Below are positions 8,422 through 18,492 of a stretch of 32,000 nucleotides of DNA, in pieces. The position numbers and the translations under genes are program-made. Every line of letters starts with the position of its first letter. Position 1 is the first letter of the stretch. Below the pieces are notes generated by a model that saw only the letters and a list, made by a program, of their open reading frames with translations, searched no databases and had not been told where the DNA came from. Source of the stretch: Trichlorobacter lovleyi SZ (lineage in GTDB: Bacteria; Desulfobacterota; Desulfuromonadia; Geobacterales; Pseudopelobacteraceae). The stretch covers positions 3,750,001-3,782,000 of the forward strand of contig NC_010814.1 in assembly GCF_000020385.1 (NCBI RefSeq). Direction: 5' to 3'.

Positions 8422-9987
8422 ATGATAACCAGTATCGTCATGGCGTTGGTGATCGTTGCGGTCGCCGGTGTAGCGTATGTCGCAGGCAACCGTTTTGGAC
8501 GCAAAAGCACTGAGGGACTTGTAGCTCAGGCGGAAGAGTTGGCAGCACGCCTGCTTGAAGATGCCCGTCGTGAAGCAGACAACATCGCAAAAGAGGCTGA
8601 ACTGAAGGCAAAGAACGCGGCCCTTGAAGCTAAAGAGGCTGCTGAAGGTGAATTAAAAGAAAAAAAGCGTGAAATTCAGGTACAGGAAAAAAGGATACAG
8701 CAGAAGGAAGAGCATCTGGACAAAAAATCAGCTCTGGTCGACCAAAAAGAGATGGACCTGCTGAAGAAAGAACAGTCCGTATCTACAAAAGAACAGGCAT
8801 TAGCCGCAAAGGAAGATGAACTGACAAAGGCCGCTAGTGAGCAGCGTGCCCGACTTGAGCAGATCTCCGGCATGTCCGCAGAAGAGGCAAAAAACACACT
8901 GATTGAAGCGATGGAGAGTGAGGCCAAGCATGACGCGGCCAAACGGATCAAACTGATTGAGGAAGAAGCCAAGGAAACTGCTGACAAGAAGGCAAAGGAG
9001 ATCATCGCAGCGGCGATTCAACGTTATGCCGGCGAGTATGTCTCTGAAAAATGCGTCTCAGTGGTACCGCTGCCGTCTGATGAAATGAAAGGCCGGATTA
9101 TCGGGCGTGAAGGCCGCAACATCCGTGCACTGGAGGCTGCCACCGGTATAGACCTGATCATTGATGACACCCCTGAAGCGGTAATCCTGTCCGGCTTCAA
9201 CCCGGTCCGCCGTGAGGTTGCCCGTCTGTCGCTGGAAAAACTGCTGGCCGATGGCCGGATTCATCCGGGCCGGATCGAAGAGGTGGTTGCAAAATCTGAA
9301 GAAGAGGTTGAAAAGGCGATCAAGGAGGCTGGCGAACAGGCCGCCTTTGACCTGGGTGTACATGGCATCCATCCTGAGGTGCTCAAGCTGATCGGCCGCC
9401 TCAAATACCGCACCTCGTACACTCAGAACGTCTATCAACACTCCCTTGAAGTTGCCTTCCTGTGCGGTATCATGGCCGCCGAACTGGGGATCAACGTCAA
9501 GCAGGCCAAGCGGGCCGGCCTGCTGCATGACCTGGGCAAGGCGGTTGACCATGAGGTTGAAGGTTCCCATGCCGTCATCGGCGCTGATCTGGCACGTAAA
9601 TACGGGGAATCACCAAAGATTGTCCATGCCATTGCGGCTCACCATGAAGACGAAAAACCCTCCACGATCCTGGCGGTACTGGTACAGGCAGCCGATGCCC
9701 TCTCCGGGGCACGCCCGGGTGCACGGCGCGAGATGATGGAATCCTATGTCAAGCGGCTGGAAGACCTGGAGCGGATCGCCACCTCCTTTAACGGTGTCAG
9801 CGGTTCCTTTGCCATCCAGGCCGGTCGCGAGATCCGGGTCATGGTCTCCAGCGATCAGGTTTCCGACGAACAATCGGTACTGCTGGCACGGGATATTGCC
9901 AAAAAGATCGAGAGCGAGATGACCTACCCCGGCATGATCAAGGTCAATGTGATTCGTGAAACGCGCGCCACAGAGTTTGCACGGTAA
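8422..9987 (+). CDS. rny: Ribonuclease Y
   Basis: It has an N-terminal TM helix ([22 protein letters not shown]), a K/E-rich coiled coil, a KH domain ([15 protein letters not shown]) and an HD domain (HSLEVA...LLHDLGK). A GGAAGGAGG RBS precedes the ATG at 8422. The track ORF start at 8359 overlaps the previous gene. Confidence 0.95.
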   Translation: MITSIVMALVIVAVAGVAYVAGNRFGRKSTEGLVAQAEELAARLLEDARREADNIAKEAELKAKNAALEAKEAAEGELKEKKREIQVQEKRIQQKEEHLDKKSALVDQKEMDLLKKEQSVSTKEQALAAKEDELTKAASEQRARLEQISGMSAEEAKNTLIEAMESEAKHDAAKRIKLIEEEAKETADKKAKEIIAAAIQRYAGEYVSEKCVSVVPLPSDEMKGRIIGREGRNIRALEAATGIDLIIDDTPEAVILSGFNPVRREVARLSLEKLLADGRIHPGRIEEVVAKSEEEVEKAIKEAGEQAAFDLGVHGIHPEVLKLIGRLKYRTSYTQNVYQHSLEVAFLCGIMAAELGINVKQAKRAGLLHDLGKAVDHEVEGSHAVIGADLARKYGESPKIVHAIAAHHEDEKPSTILAVLVQAADALSGARPGARREMMESYVKRLEDLERIATSFNGVSGSFAIQAGREIRVMVSSDQVSDEQSVLLARDIAKKIESEMTYPGMIKVNVIRETRATEFAR

Positions 9988-10773
9988 ATGTCAGTCCGCA
10001 TCTTATTCATAGGCGACATCGTCGGCAGCCCGGGCCGGACCGCCATCAGCCGGGAACTGCACCGGCTGGTGGATCGTCATGCGGTTGATCTGGTGATTGC
10101 CAACGGCGAAAACGCTGCCGGTGGTTTCGGCATCACCCCGGACACGGCTGACGAACTGTATCGTCAGGGGGTCCATCTGCTGACCAGCGGCAACCATATC
10201 TGGGATAAAAAAGACAACAGCGGGTTTCTGGATCGGGAAGAACGGATCATCCGTCCGCTCAACTACCCGCCCGGCACCCCGGGCCGCGGCTCCACCCTGC
10301 TCGAGACCCCGGGCGGTATCAAGGTCGGCGTGCTGAATCTGGAAGGCCGGGTCTACATGAAGAACCTGGACTGTCCTTTCCGTTGTGCCGATGCGGAGCT
10401 GGAACTTTTGAGAAAACAAACGTCCATCATTCTGTTGGATTTCCATGCCGAGACCACCTCTGAGAAGGCCTCCCTGGGCTGGTACCTGGATGGCCGCGTC
10501 TCTGCGGTGGTGGGCACCCATACCCATGTCCAGACCGCTGATGAGCGGATCCTGCCGAACGGCACCGCCTACATCACCGACGTGGGGATGACCGGTTCCT
10601 TTGATTCGGTGATCGGCGTGGACAAAGGACAGGCGATCCAGCGTTTCCTGACCCAGCAGTCAGTCAAGTTCGACATCCCCAAGAAGGATCTGCGGATTAA
10701 TGCCGTGGTGATCGGGATAGACACCAAAACAGGCAAAGCCGTCAGCATTGAGCGAATCAATGCTGCCTGTTGA
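9988..10773 (+). CDS. YmdB-like metallophosphoesterase (TIGR00282 family 2',3'-cyclic-nucleotide phosphodiesterase)
   Basis: Motifs FIGDIVG, NGENAAGGFGIT, SGNHIWD and DFHAETTSEK...GTHTHVQTAD are present. The ATG immediately follows the rny TAA. The rny-ymdB pairing is a well-known arrangement. Confidence 0.9.
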   Translation: MSVRILFIGDIVGSPGRTAISRELHRLVDRHAVDLVIANGENAAGGFGITPDTADELYRQGVHLLTSGNHIWDKKDNSGFLDREERIIRPLNYPPGTPGRGSTLLETPGGIKVGVLNLEGRVYMKNLDCPFRCADAELELLRKQTSIILLDFHAETTSEKASLGWYLDGRVSAVVGTHTHVQTADERILPNGTAYITDVGMTGSFDSVIGVDKGQAIQRFLTQQSVKFDIPKKDLRINAVVIGIDTKTGKAVSIERINAAC

Positions 10774-10791
10774 AGATAGAAGGAGTTTGAA

Positions 10792-11997
10792 ATGAGTGGA
10801 ACCGTTGCCGAACAGATTGCCGTGATCAAGCGCGGCTGTGTTGAACTGCTGATCCAAAAGGAACTGGAAGACAAACTGGCCACCGGCCGCCCGCTGATCA
10901 TCAAGGCCGGTTTTGACCCCACCGCACCCGACCTGCACCTGGGGCATACGGTACTGATTCAGAAGCTGCGTCAGTTTCAGCAGTTAGGCCATGATGTCCA
11001 CTTCCTGATCGGCGACTTCACCGGTATGATCGGCGACCCCACCGGCAAATCCGAGACCCGCAAGGTCCTGACCCGCGAAGATGTCCTGCGCAATGCCGAG
11101 ACCTACAAAGAGCAGGTCTTCAAGATCCTTGACCCGGAAAAGACCAAGGTGGTCTTCAACTCCTCCTGGCTGAACGAACTGGGCTGCGGCGGCATGATCG
11201 GCCTGGCCTCAAAATACACCGTGGCCCGCATGCTGGAACGGGATGACTTCCACAAGCGCTACAGCACCCAACAGCCGATTGCGATCCACGAATTCCTGTA
11301 CCCGTTGATTCAGGGCTATGACTCGGTGGCCATGAAGGCCGATGTGGAGCTGGGCGGCACCGATCAGAAGTTCAACCTGCTGATGGGGCGTGAGCTGCAG
11401 CGGGAGTGGGGTCAGACACCCCAGTGCGTCTTGACCATGCCGCTGCTGGAAGGTCTGGACGGCGTCAATAAGATGTCAAAATCGCTGGGCAACTACATCG
11501 GCATCAGTGAGGCGCCGGACGAGATCTTCGGCAAGGTGATGTCGATCTCTGACGAGCTGATGCTGCGTTACTACGAACTGCTTTCAGACAAGAGCCTTGC
11601 CGAGATCGAGCAGTTGAAGAGCGGCCTGGCAGATGGCTCACTACACCCGATGGCAGCCAAGAAGGCGTTGGGACGCGAGATTGTGACCCGTTTCCACGGT
11701 GCCGGTGCCGGTGATACAGCGGAAGAGAACTTTGTGAAGCGGTTCAAGGAAAACGAGATTCCGGACGAGATGCCCCAGGTCAGCTATGGCACGGCTGATT
11801 GCCCGCTGCTGCTGGCAAAGGCGCTGACCGAGGCCGGCCTGACCAAGTCCAATGGTGAGGCCCGCCGCTCCATTGATCAGGGCGGGGTCAAGCTGAACGG
11901 CGAGAAGGTCAGCAACACCAACCTGGAGCTGACAGCGGCTGGTGAGTACATCGTCCAGATCGGCAAACGCCGCTTTGTCAGGATCGTGATCGCCTGA
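10792..11997 (+). CDS. tyrS: Tyrosine--tRNA ligase
   Basis: Class I signature HLGH (DLHLGH) and KMSKS are present. The C-terminus is S4-like ([16 protein letters not shown]). A GAAGGAG RBS lies upstream. Confidence 0.97.
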   Translation: MSGTVAEQIAVIKRGCVELLIQKELEDKLATGRPLIIKAGFDPTAPDLHLGHTVLIQKLRQFQQLGHDVHFLIGDFTGMIGDPTGKSETRKVLTREDVLRNAETYKEQVFKILDPEKTKVVFNSSWLNELGCGGMIGLASKYTVARMLERDDFHKRYSTQQPIAIHEFLYPLIQGYDSVAMKADVELGGTDQKFNLLMGRELQREWGQTPQCVLTMPLLEGLDGVNKMSKSLGNYIGISEAPDEIFGKVMSISDELMLRYYELLSDKSLAEIEQLKSGLADGSLHPMAAKKALGREIVTRFHGAGAGDTAEENFVKRFKENEIPDEMPQVSYGTADCPLLLAKALTEAGLTKSNGEARRSIDQGGVKLNGEKVSNTNLELTAAGEYIVQIGKRRFVRIVIA

Positions 11998-12020
11998 AAC
12001 AGTGCTGCCGGATAACGCAT

Positions 12021-12054
12021 AAAACCCCGTAAGAAGTTGTTCTTACGGGGTTTT
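12021..12054. terminator. Bidirectional intrinsic terminator between convergent tyrS and the collagen-like gene
   Basis: AAAACCCCGTAAGAA-gttg-TTCTTACGGGGTTTT forms a perfect 15-bp stem with a 4-nt loop. It is flanked by an A-run and a T-run, so it can work on either strand. Confidence 0.85.
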
Positions 12055-12067
12055 CTTTCAGAGCTGA

Positions 12068-13078
12068 TCAGTAATTCACCGTTGCCATGATGCTCATCTT
12101 TAGATAGTTTGCACCCTGGGTCGGCGGGTCTGCCGAGCCGTAATAGGTGTCACCTGTAGCCGACAATGTCGTTGTTGTCCCGGAATAGTAAAACCCGATG
12201 TATTCTCCGGCATTGATGAAGACCGAAGGAAATGTGACCGTCACCAATCCGGTTGAAGTAATTGCGACATCGGAGCTTGAACGCAGTGTTTTATGGGTAC
12301 TGTCCTTGATCAGCAGCCTGAAGGTACCGGTTGAATTCACACGAATATCAACCGATGAGATGGTACCTGCATGGGGGGCCATATACCCGGTAAAATAGTA
12401 CATATTCGAATTGAAACCCGAAGTGCCGCTGGTCTGGCCCAGAAGATCCTGCTGGACAATGGCAACGGTGTTCCAGGCCGTACCGTTGTAGAAGTTGAGC
12501 ATTTTATCCGTGGTGTTATAGATCATCAGCCCGGCCGGCGGCGAAGCGATGGCATTACGCTGCGCCGTGGTCAGCCGTGGCGGCAGGAAACCTTTACTGG
12601 TGGAAGTGACATCCAGCGCGGCAGCCGTGGCAGGCGAACTTACTCCGATCCCGAGCGAGCCGTTTGTATAGACCGCATTAGCACCGTTCAAGGTAAAGGG
12701 ACTGGCACCGGTATCACCCTTAAGCCCCTGAACACCTTGAGGGCCTTGGACCCCCTGAGCCCCGGTTGCACCGGTATCACCCTTGGGGCCCTGTGGTCCC
12801 ACCAACGCCACCCCCGCCCCCCAGCTCCCGGTGTAGGGGCCGTAGAGCAGATTGTTGGCAGTATCGATATAAAAGTCACCGGGATTGGCAACCACATTGT
12901 TCACAACCGGTGAGCCGCTGCCGTTCAGGACACTCTTGCCGTCCTTGGGAGCCCTGGTAATGAAACTGCCGTCAGGAAAGTACAACGCATCATTTGAAAT
13001 CATGAAGGCACCCTCTGCAGCCAATAAAGCAGATGGCAGGACAGACAGCACCAGCGCAACAACAAGTCGCTTTAGCAT
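12068..13078 (-). CDS. Secreted collagen-like triple-helix-repeat protein with unknown C-terminal beta-rich domain
   Basis: ORF trimmed to the ATG at 13078, which has an AGGGG RBS. It has a signal peptide (MLKRLVVALVLSVLPSALLAAEG). There are 11 uninterrupted G-X-Y triplets, GPQGPKGDTGATGAQGVQGPQGVQGLKGDTGAS, encoded at 12701..12799. The motif KGFLPPRLTTAQRNAIASPPAGLMIYNTTDKMLNFYNGTAWNTV follows. Confidence 0.8.
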   Translation of the reverse strand: MLKRLVVALVLSVLPSALLAAEGAFMISNDALYFPDGSFITRAPKDGKSVLNGSGSPVVNNVVANPGDFYIDTANNLLYGPYTGSWGAGVALVGPQGPKGDTGATGAQGVQGPQGVQGLKGDTGASPFTLNGANAVYTNGSLGIGVSSPATAAALDVTSTSKGFLPPRLTTAQRNAIASPPAGLMIYNTTDKMLNFYNGTAWNTVAIVQQDLLGQTSGTSGFNSNMYYFTGYMAPHAGTISSVDIRVNSTGTFRLLIKDSTHKTLRSSSDVAITSTGLVTVTFPSVFINAGEYIGFYYSGTTTTLSATGDTYYGSADPPTQGANYLKMSIMATVNY

Positions 13079-13275
13079 ACAAACACCCCTAAGATTGATT
13101 ACAGTACACGGTGATCCGGCCTCAGCCTGCCGGTTACAACAGCTTTGGATATAAAGTCGTATAGTACCACAAGTTACCTGTCTGTCCAGACTTGCCATTT
13201 TGCTCGAAAATATGAGCGCCCTTTGGTAGGGTGTGGTGAAGGTACCGGCACATTTCAAGATTCCCGAGGTATCGA

Positions 13276-14472
13276 ATGGAACAACGGATAGTAGGGGCTG
13301 ACACGGTCAGGATGCTGGAACTGGGGCACCCCTGGATCATTGCGGATACTTTCACCAGGCGCTGGCCCAAGGCAAAGGCCGGCGATCTGGTAGAGCTGAC
13401 TGATGAGCGGGGCAGACCACTGGCCATTGCCCTGCTGGACCCGGCTGACCGGATCGTGGCACGGGTGCTTGCCCATCATTCGATGCAGCTGGATCGCGGC
13501 TGGATCAAAAAGCGGCTGCAGGCCGCCATCACCCTGCGGGAACGGTATGCCGATCTGGACGACACCAGCGCCTACCGCCTGGTGAACGCCGAGGGCGACG
13601 GCCTGCCCGGCCTGACCGTGGACCGTTATGCAGACTACCTGATGATCCAGCTCTACTGCGAAGGCTGGCGACCCCACCTGAAACTGGTGACCAGCGTCCT
13701 GCAGGAACTGTTGCAACCACTCGGGATCTATGAGAAGGCACGCCCCCAGAACACCCGTGAACTGGAGGCGGTCAGTGACAGCAAGAAGTACGGCAGATTG
13801 TTGACAGGCAGCGCAGCACCGCAACGGCTGGAGGTGCAGGAAAATGGTCTCAGCTTTCTGGTTGCTTTGGAAGAAGGGCTCAACACCGGACTGTTTCTGG
13901 ACCAGCGGGAGAACCGCCGCAGTCTGATGCCGCGCATGGCCGGCAAGCGCTTCCTGAACCTGTTTGCCTACACCGGCGCCTTTTCCGTGGCAGCTGCGGC
14001 AAGCGGCGCAAGCCAGGTCACCTCGGTGGATGTCTCACCCGGCTATACCGACTGGAACCGGGCCAACTTCAGCGCCAACCGCCTGAATCCCAAGAAGCAC
14101 CGCTTTCTGGTGGGAGACTGTATGACCAGACTTGCGGAGCTGGCTACCGCCAACGAGAAGTTTGACATCATCCTAATGGACCCCCCCTCTTTTTCCACCA
14201 CCACCAAAGGACGTTTCACCACCCGTGGCGGCACCAGCGACCTGGTGGCGGCCTGTCTGCCGCTGCTGGTTGATGGCGGCCTGCTGATCTGCTCCTCCAA
14301 TCACCAGAAGACCGATCTGGCCGACTACCTGAAGGAGCTGCGCCGGGGTGCCCTGCAGGCCGGTGCAGAGCTGTGGGTGATTGAACAAAAGGGGCAGCCG
14401 GTTGACTTCCCCTATCCGGTTACCCTGCCAGAGGGACGCTATCTCAAATATCTGGCCTGTGTGAAAGGATAA
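13276..14472 (+). CDS. Class I SAM-dependent rRNA (cytosine-C5) methyltransferase, RlmI/RlmK-like
   Basis: The N-terminus is PUA-like (GHPWIIADTF...GDLVEL). SAM-binding motif I (LNLFAYTGAFSVAAA) and motif IV (ILMDPPSFS) are present. The length and architecture fit RlmI. Confidence 0.85.
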   Translation: MEQRIVGADTVRMLELGHPWIIADTFTRRWPKAKAGDLVELTDERGRPLAIALLDPADRIVARVLAHHSMQLDRGWIKKRLQAAITLRERYADLDDTSAYRLVNAEGDGLPGLTVDRYADYLMIQLYCEGWRPHLKLVTSVLQELLQPLGIYEKARPQNTRELEAVSDSKKYGRLLTGSAAPQRLEVQENGLSFLVALEEGLNTGLFLDQRENRRSLMPRMAGKRFLNLFAYTGAFSVAAAASGASQVTSVDVSPGYTDWNRANFSANRLNPKKHRFLVGDCMTRLAELATANEKFDIILMDPPSFSTTTKGRFTTRGGTSDLVAACLPLLVDGGLLICSSNHQKTDLADYLKELRRGALQAGAELWVIEQKGQPVDFPYPVTLPEGRYLKYLACVKG

Positions 14473-14475
14473 GCG

Positions 14476-16191
14476 TTGACTGAAAAACAGGACAATATGA
14501 CCATCCCCCCCAGCCCTGAAGCCTGGCTGCGCCAGCAGGCCCGCACGGTCAAAGGCAGCATGCTGGCGGCCATCCTGGCGGCCTTTGGCGGTGGTCTGCT
14601 GATCATCCTGCAGGCACGCCTGTTGGCCCTGGTCTGCCAGCGGGTGGTGATTGAGGGGATCGGGCTGGCACCGCTGCTGCCGTTACTGGCCTGGGTGGGG
14701 GCGGTGGCCCTGTTGCGTGGCCTGGCCGCCTACCTGAGCGAACATGCGGCCATCAAGGCAGCAGCCCAGGTCAGGCAACAGGTCCGCACCGCCCTGTACC
14801 AGCGCTTGTTGCTGCTGCGCCCGACCGGCCTGTCCGGAGAGGTAGGGCCGTTGACCGAGGCGGTCACTGCCGGGATCGAGGGGCTTGAGGCCTACATTGC
14901 CCGCTTCCTGCCCCAGATGGTGTTGGCCGGACTGCTGCCGCTGGCAGTGCTGCTGGTGGTGCTGCCATCAGAGTGGCGCTCGTCACTGGTGCTGATCTTC
15001 TCCGCACCGTTTATCCCGCTCTTGATGGTCCTGATCGGCAAGGGGACCGAGACCCTCAACCGCCGCCAGTTCAGCCGGCTTTCCCGCATGGCAGGCCATC
15101 TGCTGGACCTGGTGCAGGGGCTGCCGGACCTGAAGATCTTTGGCGCCGCCAAACGGGAGGCCGAGCTGGTGGCGCTGGTTTCTGACCAGTACCGCACCGG
15201 CACCATGGCCGTGCTACGGGTGGCCTTTCTGTCCGCCTTTACCCTGGAGTTTTTCTCAACCGTGGGCACGGCGGTGGTGGCAGTCATCATCGGCTTCCGC
15301 CTGCTGGCCGGAAACCTGTCGCTGCTGGACGGCCTGTTTGTGCTGCTGCTGGCCCCGGAGTACTACCTGCCGCTGCGCAATCTGGGGCTGGCCTACCACA
15401 GCCGGATGAACGGCATGGCCGCTGCCGAGCGGATCATACCGCTGTTGCAACAACCGCTGCCGGATGCTGCAGGCGGCCAGTTGGTTGTACCGTTCAGGGC
15501 ACCGGAAATCAGCTGTGATTCCGTCAGTTTTCGTTACGGCGGCCAGCGGGGCGGCGTGCAGGAGGTCTCGCTGACCATCCCTGCCAACAGCATAACCGCC
15601 CTGGCCGGTGCCAGCGGCAGCGGCAAATCAACCCTGGCACGTCTGTTGCTGGGGCTGGCCCGGCCGGAGTCCGGCCAGATCCTGGTAAACAGCGTTGACC
15701 TGGCACAACTGGATCAGGCTGCCTGGCGGTCGCAACTGGCCTGGGTGCCGCAGCAGCCGTTCTTCTTCAGCGCCACGATCCGGGAGAACCTGCTGCTGGG
15801 CAGACCCAATGCTGATCAGCAGGCAATCCAGCAGGCCCTTGCGGCAGCAGCTTTAACAGACGTGATCAAGGCACTGCCGGAAGGGCTGGCTACCCGGCTG
15901 GGTGATCGCGGGGCTGGGCTGTCCGGCGGCGAACTGCGACGACTGGCCCTGGCACGGGTCTTTCTGCGGGATGCCGGGCTGGTGGTGCTGGATGAGCCCA
16001 CTGCCGGGCTGGATACTGAGAACGAACAGCTGGTGCTGAATGCCGTTGAACAGCTGGCAGCTGGCCGGACCGTGCTGATCATCAGCCACCGTGAGGCCAC
16101 CATCAGCCGCTGCCAACAGATTGTAGTGCTGGCCGCAGGCAGGCTGGAGCAGGTCACCACCTCTCAGGAGTATCTGGAGGTGACCCCGTGA
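14476..16191 (+). CDS. cydD: Thiol reductant ABC exporter subunit CydD (alternative ATG start at 14497)
   Basis: It has a six-helix TMD plus an NBD with Walker A GASGSGKST, signature LSGGELRR and Walker B LVVLDEPT. It is collinear by eye with E. coli CydD (W-L-(K/R)-Q-Q...ILQA...LP(Q)M...PLIPL(F/L)M...R(Q/R)F..LS(R)M(S)GH(F)LD). Confidence 0.9.
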   Translation: MTEKQDNMTIPPSPEAWLRQQARTVKGSMLAAILAAFGGGLLIILQARLLALVCQRVVIEGIGLAPLLPLLAWVGAVALLRGLAAYLSEHAAIKAAAQVRQQVRTALYQRLLLLRPTGLSGEVGPLTEAVTAGIEGLEAYIARFLPQMVLAGLLPLAVLLVVLPSEWRSSLVLIFSAPFIPLLMVLIGKGTETLNRRQFSRLSRMAGHLLDLVQGLPDLKIFGAAKREAELVALVSDQYRTGTMAVLRVAFLSAFTLEFFSTVGTAVVAVIIGFRLLAGNLSLLDGLFVLLLAPEYYLPLRNLGLAYHSRMNGMAAAERIIPLLQQPLPDAAGGQLVVPFRAPEISCDSVSFRYGGQRGGVQEVSLTIPANSITALAGASGSGKSTLARLLLGLARPESGQILVNSVDLAQLDQAAWRSQLAWVPQQPFFFSATIRENLLLGRPNADQQAIQQALAAAALTDVIKALPEGLATRLGDRGAGLSGGELRRLALARVFLRDAGLVVLDEPTAGLDTENEQLVLNAVEQLAAGRTVLIISHREATISRCQQIVVLAAGRLEQVTTSQEYLEVTP

Positions 16192-17840
16192 AAGAACTAC
16201 TGCGGATGCTGAAACCTGCCAGACACCACTGGCGCTGGATGGCTGGCGATATCGGGCTGGGGGTGGCGGTCATCGCTGCCAATGCGGCCCTGATGGCGAT
16301 CTCCGGCTGGTTCATCGCCTCCATGGCCGTGGCCGGGGTTGCTCAAGCCTCCTTTAACTACTTCTTTGCCTCTGCCTCCATCCGCGCCCTGGCTATTCTG
16401 CGGGCTTTGGGCCGCTATGGCGAGCGGCTGGTAAGCCATGAGGCGGCTTTTCATATTCTGGCTGAATTGCGGGTCTGGCTGTTCCGGCGCCTGATTCCCC
16501 TGGCACCGGCCGGGCTTGAAAGCTACGCCGGCGGCGATCTGGCTGGCAGGCTGCGGGCTGATGTGGACAGCCTGGAAAACCTCTACCTGCGGATTATTGC
16601 ACCCCTTGCCACCGGTGGCTTTACGGTCCTGTTGGCAGGGCTGTTTGTGCTGGTCTGGAGCGGATCAGCAGCTCTGGTACTGGTGGGGTTATTACTGCTG
16701 GCCGGCCTGCTGCTGCCGCTGCTGGCACGTCATCTGGCTGCACAGCCGGGCAAACGTTCAGCAGAACTGGCCGGGGCACTGCGCACCACAGTAACCGAAG
16801 GACTGCAGGGCGCAGAAGAACTGCTGCTCTTGGGGGCAACCGATAAGCAGGCCCAAGCTGTTGAGGCGCTCTCCAGCGGTCTGGTACAGCAACAGGTCCG
16901 CTTGGGACAGATCAGCAGCCTGACCCTGGCCGGTGTCACCACCTGCGGTGCCCTGGCCATGGCCGGTCTGGCCCTGGTCTGCATCCCGCTGGTACAGTCC
17001 GGTCAATTGGCAGGCCCCAATCTGGTGATGCTGCTGCTGTTCAGCGCAGCCTCCTTTGAGGCGGTCGGCCCCCTGGCTCACTCGCTGCAACTAATCCCTG
17101 CCACCAGTGAAGCGATCCGCCGGATTCGTGAACTGGCTGATGCACCGATACCGCTGCCGGAACCGCTGCAGCCGCAGCTACCGGAGTCATGCAGGATCGT
17201 ACTGGATCAGGTCAGCTGTAGCTATGGTGAAGGCCAGGCAGTACTGAAGCAGTTCTCGCTGGTCATCAACCCAGGTGAACAGGTGGCGGTGGTGGGCCCC
17301 AGCGGCAGCGGCAAGTCCACCCTGATTGAGCTGTTACTCCGCTTCCGCCCCTATCAGGGCAGCATCAGCATTGGTGGTTGCGAGCTGCGTGACATATCAC
17401 CAGACCAGCTTTCCCGACTGGTTGCCGCAGTACCGCAGCAACCGCACCTGTTTAACAGCACAATCCGGGAAAACATCCTGCTGGGACGCGAGATAATAGA
17501 TGAACAACTGAGTGCTGTTCTGGCTGACAGTGGCCTTAAGCAGTGGATTGCGGGTTTGCCGCAGGGACTGGACACCCCGGTGGGTGAGACCGGCAGCGCC
17601 GTGTCTGGTGGCGAGGCACGGCGGATCGCCCTGGCCCGTGCCCTGGTCAGCAATGCGCCGATTCTGCTGCTGGATGAGCCGACCGAAGGGCTGGATGGCG
17701 CTATTGAGCAGTCTGTGGTACAACATCTGAAAGATCGCTTGCAGGGCACGACTGTGCTGGTGGTGACCCACCGACCGGCCTGTCTGCAGATGGCTGAACG
17801 TATTGTCAAGATTGGAGCAACAAAAGGAGCTGCCACATGA
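16188..17840 (+). CDS. cydC: Thiol reductant ABC exporter subunit CydC
   Basis: The GTG start overlaps the cydD stop (GTGA). It has a TMD plus an NBD with Walker [10 protein letters not shown], signature VSGGEARR and Walker B ILLLDEPT. Confidence 0.9.
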   Translation: MKELLRMLKPARHHWRWMAGDIGLGVAVIAANAALMAISGWFIASMAVAGVAQASFNYFFASASIRALAILRALGRYGERLVSHEAAFHILAELRVWLFRRLIPLAPAGLESYAGGDLAGRLRADVDSLENLYLRIIAPLATGGFTVLLAGLFVLVWSGSAALVLVGLLLLAGLLLPLLARHLAAQPGKRSAELAGALRTTVTEGLQGAEELLLLGATDKQAQAVEALSSGLVQQQVRLGQISSLTLAGVTTCGALAMAGLALVCIPLVQSGQLAGPNLVMLLLFSAASFEAVGPLAHSLQLIPATSEAIRRIRELADAPIPLPEPLQPQLPESCRIVLDQVSCSYGEGQAVLKQFSLVINPGEQVAVVGPSGSGKSTLIELLLRFRPYQGSISIGGCELRDISPDQLSRLVAAVPQQPHLFNSTIRENILLGREIIDEQLSAVLADSGLKQWIAGLPQGLDTPVGETGSAVSGGEARRIALARALVSNAPILLLDEPTEGLDGAIEQSVVQHLKDRLQGTTVLVVTHRPACLQMAERIVKIGATKGAAT

Positions 17841-18172
17841 GTCTTGCCATCAACTGGGTTATTTCCGGCATTGCCATTGTGATTACCGCTTACCTGCTGC
17901 CGGGCATACATCTGTCCGGCTTCAAGGCCGCCCTGCTGACAGCACTGGCACTGGGTCTGATCAATGCCTTTATCAAGCCGGTCCTTTCTTTGCTGACCCT
18001 GCCGTTGACGGTCATGACCCTGGGACTGTTCAGTCTGGTGCTGAATGCCCTGCTGATCATGCTGACCGCCAAGCTGGTGCCCGGTTTTCAGGTGCAGGGC
18101 TTTCTCTGGGCAGTGGCGTTCAGTGTTGTGCTGACCATCACCAACTGGATCTTGAGCATCTTCAAACAATGA
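17837..18172 (+). CDS. Four-TM membrane protein of the phage holin superfamily IV (Phage_holin_4_2 / YvlD-like)
   Basis: 111 aa with four hydrophobic helices. The N-terminus [57 protein letters not shown] is the characteristic family pattern. The start overlaps the cydC stop (ATGA). Confidence 0.75.
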   Translation: MSLAINWVISGIAIVITAYLLPGIHLSGFKAALLTALALGLINAFIKPVLSLLTLPLTVMTLGLFSLVLNALLIMLTAKLVPGFQVQGFLWAVAFSVVLTITNWILSIFKQ

Positions 18173-18492
18173 GCATTGAGATCAACGAAACAGATATCCG
18201 GGTGGAGTTCTACCGTGCATCAGGCCCGGGCGGGCAGCACCGCAACACCACCGATTCAGCGGTGCGGATCAGACACCTGCCGACCGGGATAGTGGTACAT
18301 GCTGCAGAAAACCGCTCCCAGCTGCGCAATCGTGAAGTGGCTATGGAGCGGCTGCGGCTGGCGCTGGAGAAACGCAACCGGGTAGAAAAGAAACGGATGG
18401 CCACCAAAGTGCCAAAAGGCCAGAAATTGCAGCGGGTTGCGGAAAAACGGATGGCAGCGCTACGCAGGAAGATGAGAAAGCCAGAGGATTAG
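18169..18492 (+). CDS. Mini release-factor protein: GGQ (RF-1 domain) peptidyl-tRNA hydrolase core plus basic tail (ArfB/ICT1-like architecture)
   Basis: [48 protein letters not shown] closely follows the class I RF domain-3 signature. The C-terminal tail is K/R-rich. The ATG at 18169 overlaps the previous stop (ATGA). The 229-aa track ORF (17803) is an artefactual 5' extension across the holin-family gene. Confidence 0.75.
   Translation: MSIEINETDIRVEFYRASGPGGQHRNTTDSAVRIRHLPTGIVVHAAENRSQLRNREVAMERLRLALEKRNRVEKKRMATKVPKGQKLQRVAEKRMAALRRKMRKPED

Noticed and set aside
12371-12913. 180-aa plus-strand ORF opposite the collagen-like gene
   Set aside because: It is an antisense frame of the G-X-Y/glycine-rich coding region. 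The minus-strand product has a signal peptide, a perfect collagen repeat and an RBS.
14181-14187. C7 homopolymer in the RlmI-like gene as a possible phase-variation tract
   Set aside because: It encodes the conserved catalytic D-P-P motif (MDPPSF) of the methyltransferase. The run is short and there is no evidence of a contingency locus.
17803-18168. 5' part of the 229-aa track ORF 17803..18492
   Set aside because: It overlaps the well-supported cydC 3' end and the holin-family gene in another frame. The recognisable GGQ domain begins only at the ATG at 18169, which overlaps the preceding stop.
17354-18169. 271-aa minus-strand ORF opposite cydC and the holin-family gene
   Set aside because: It is a shadow ORF of GC-rich coding DNA. 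The product is low-complexity and Q/G/H-rich with no motifs. The plus-strand genes carry clear ABC and holin-family signatures.
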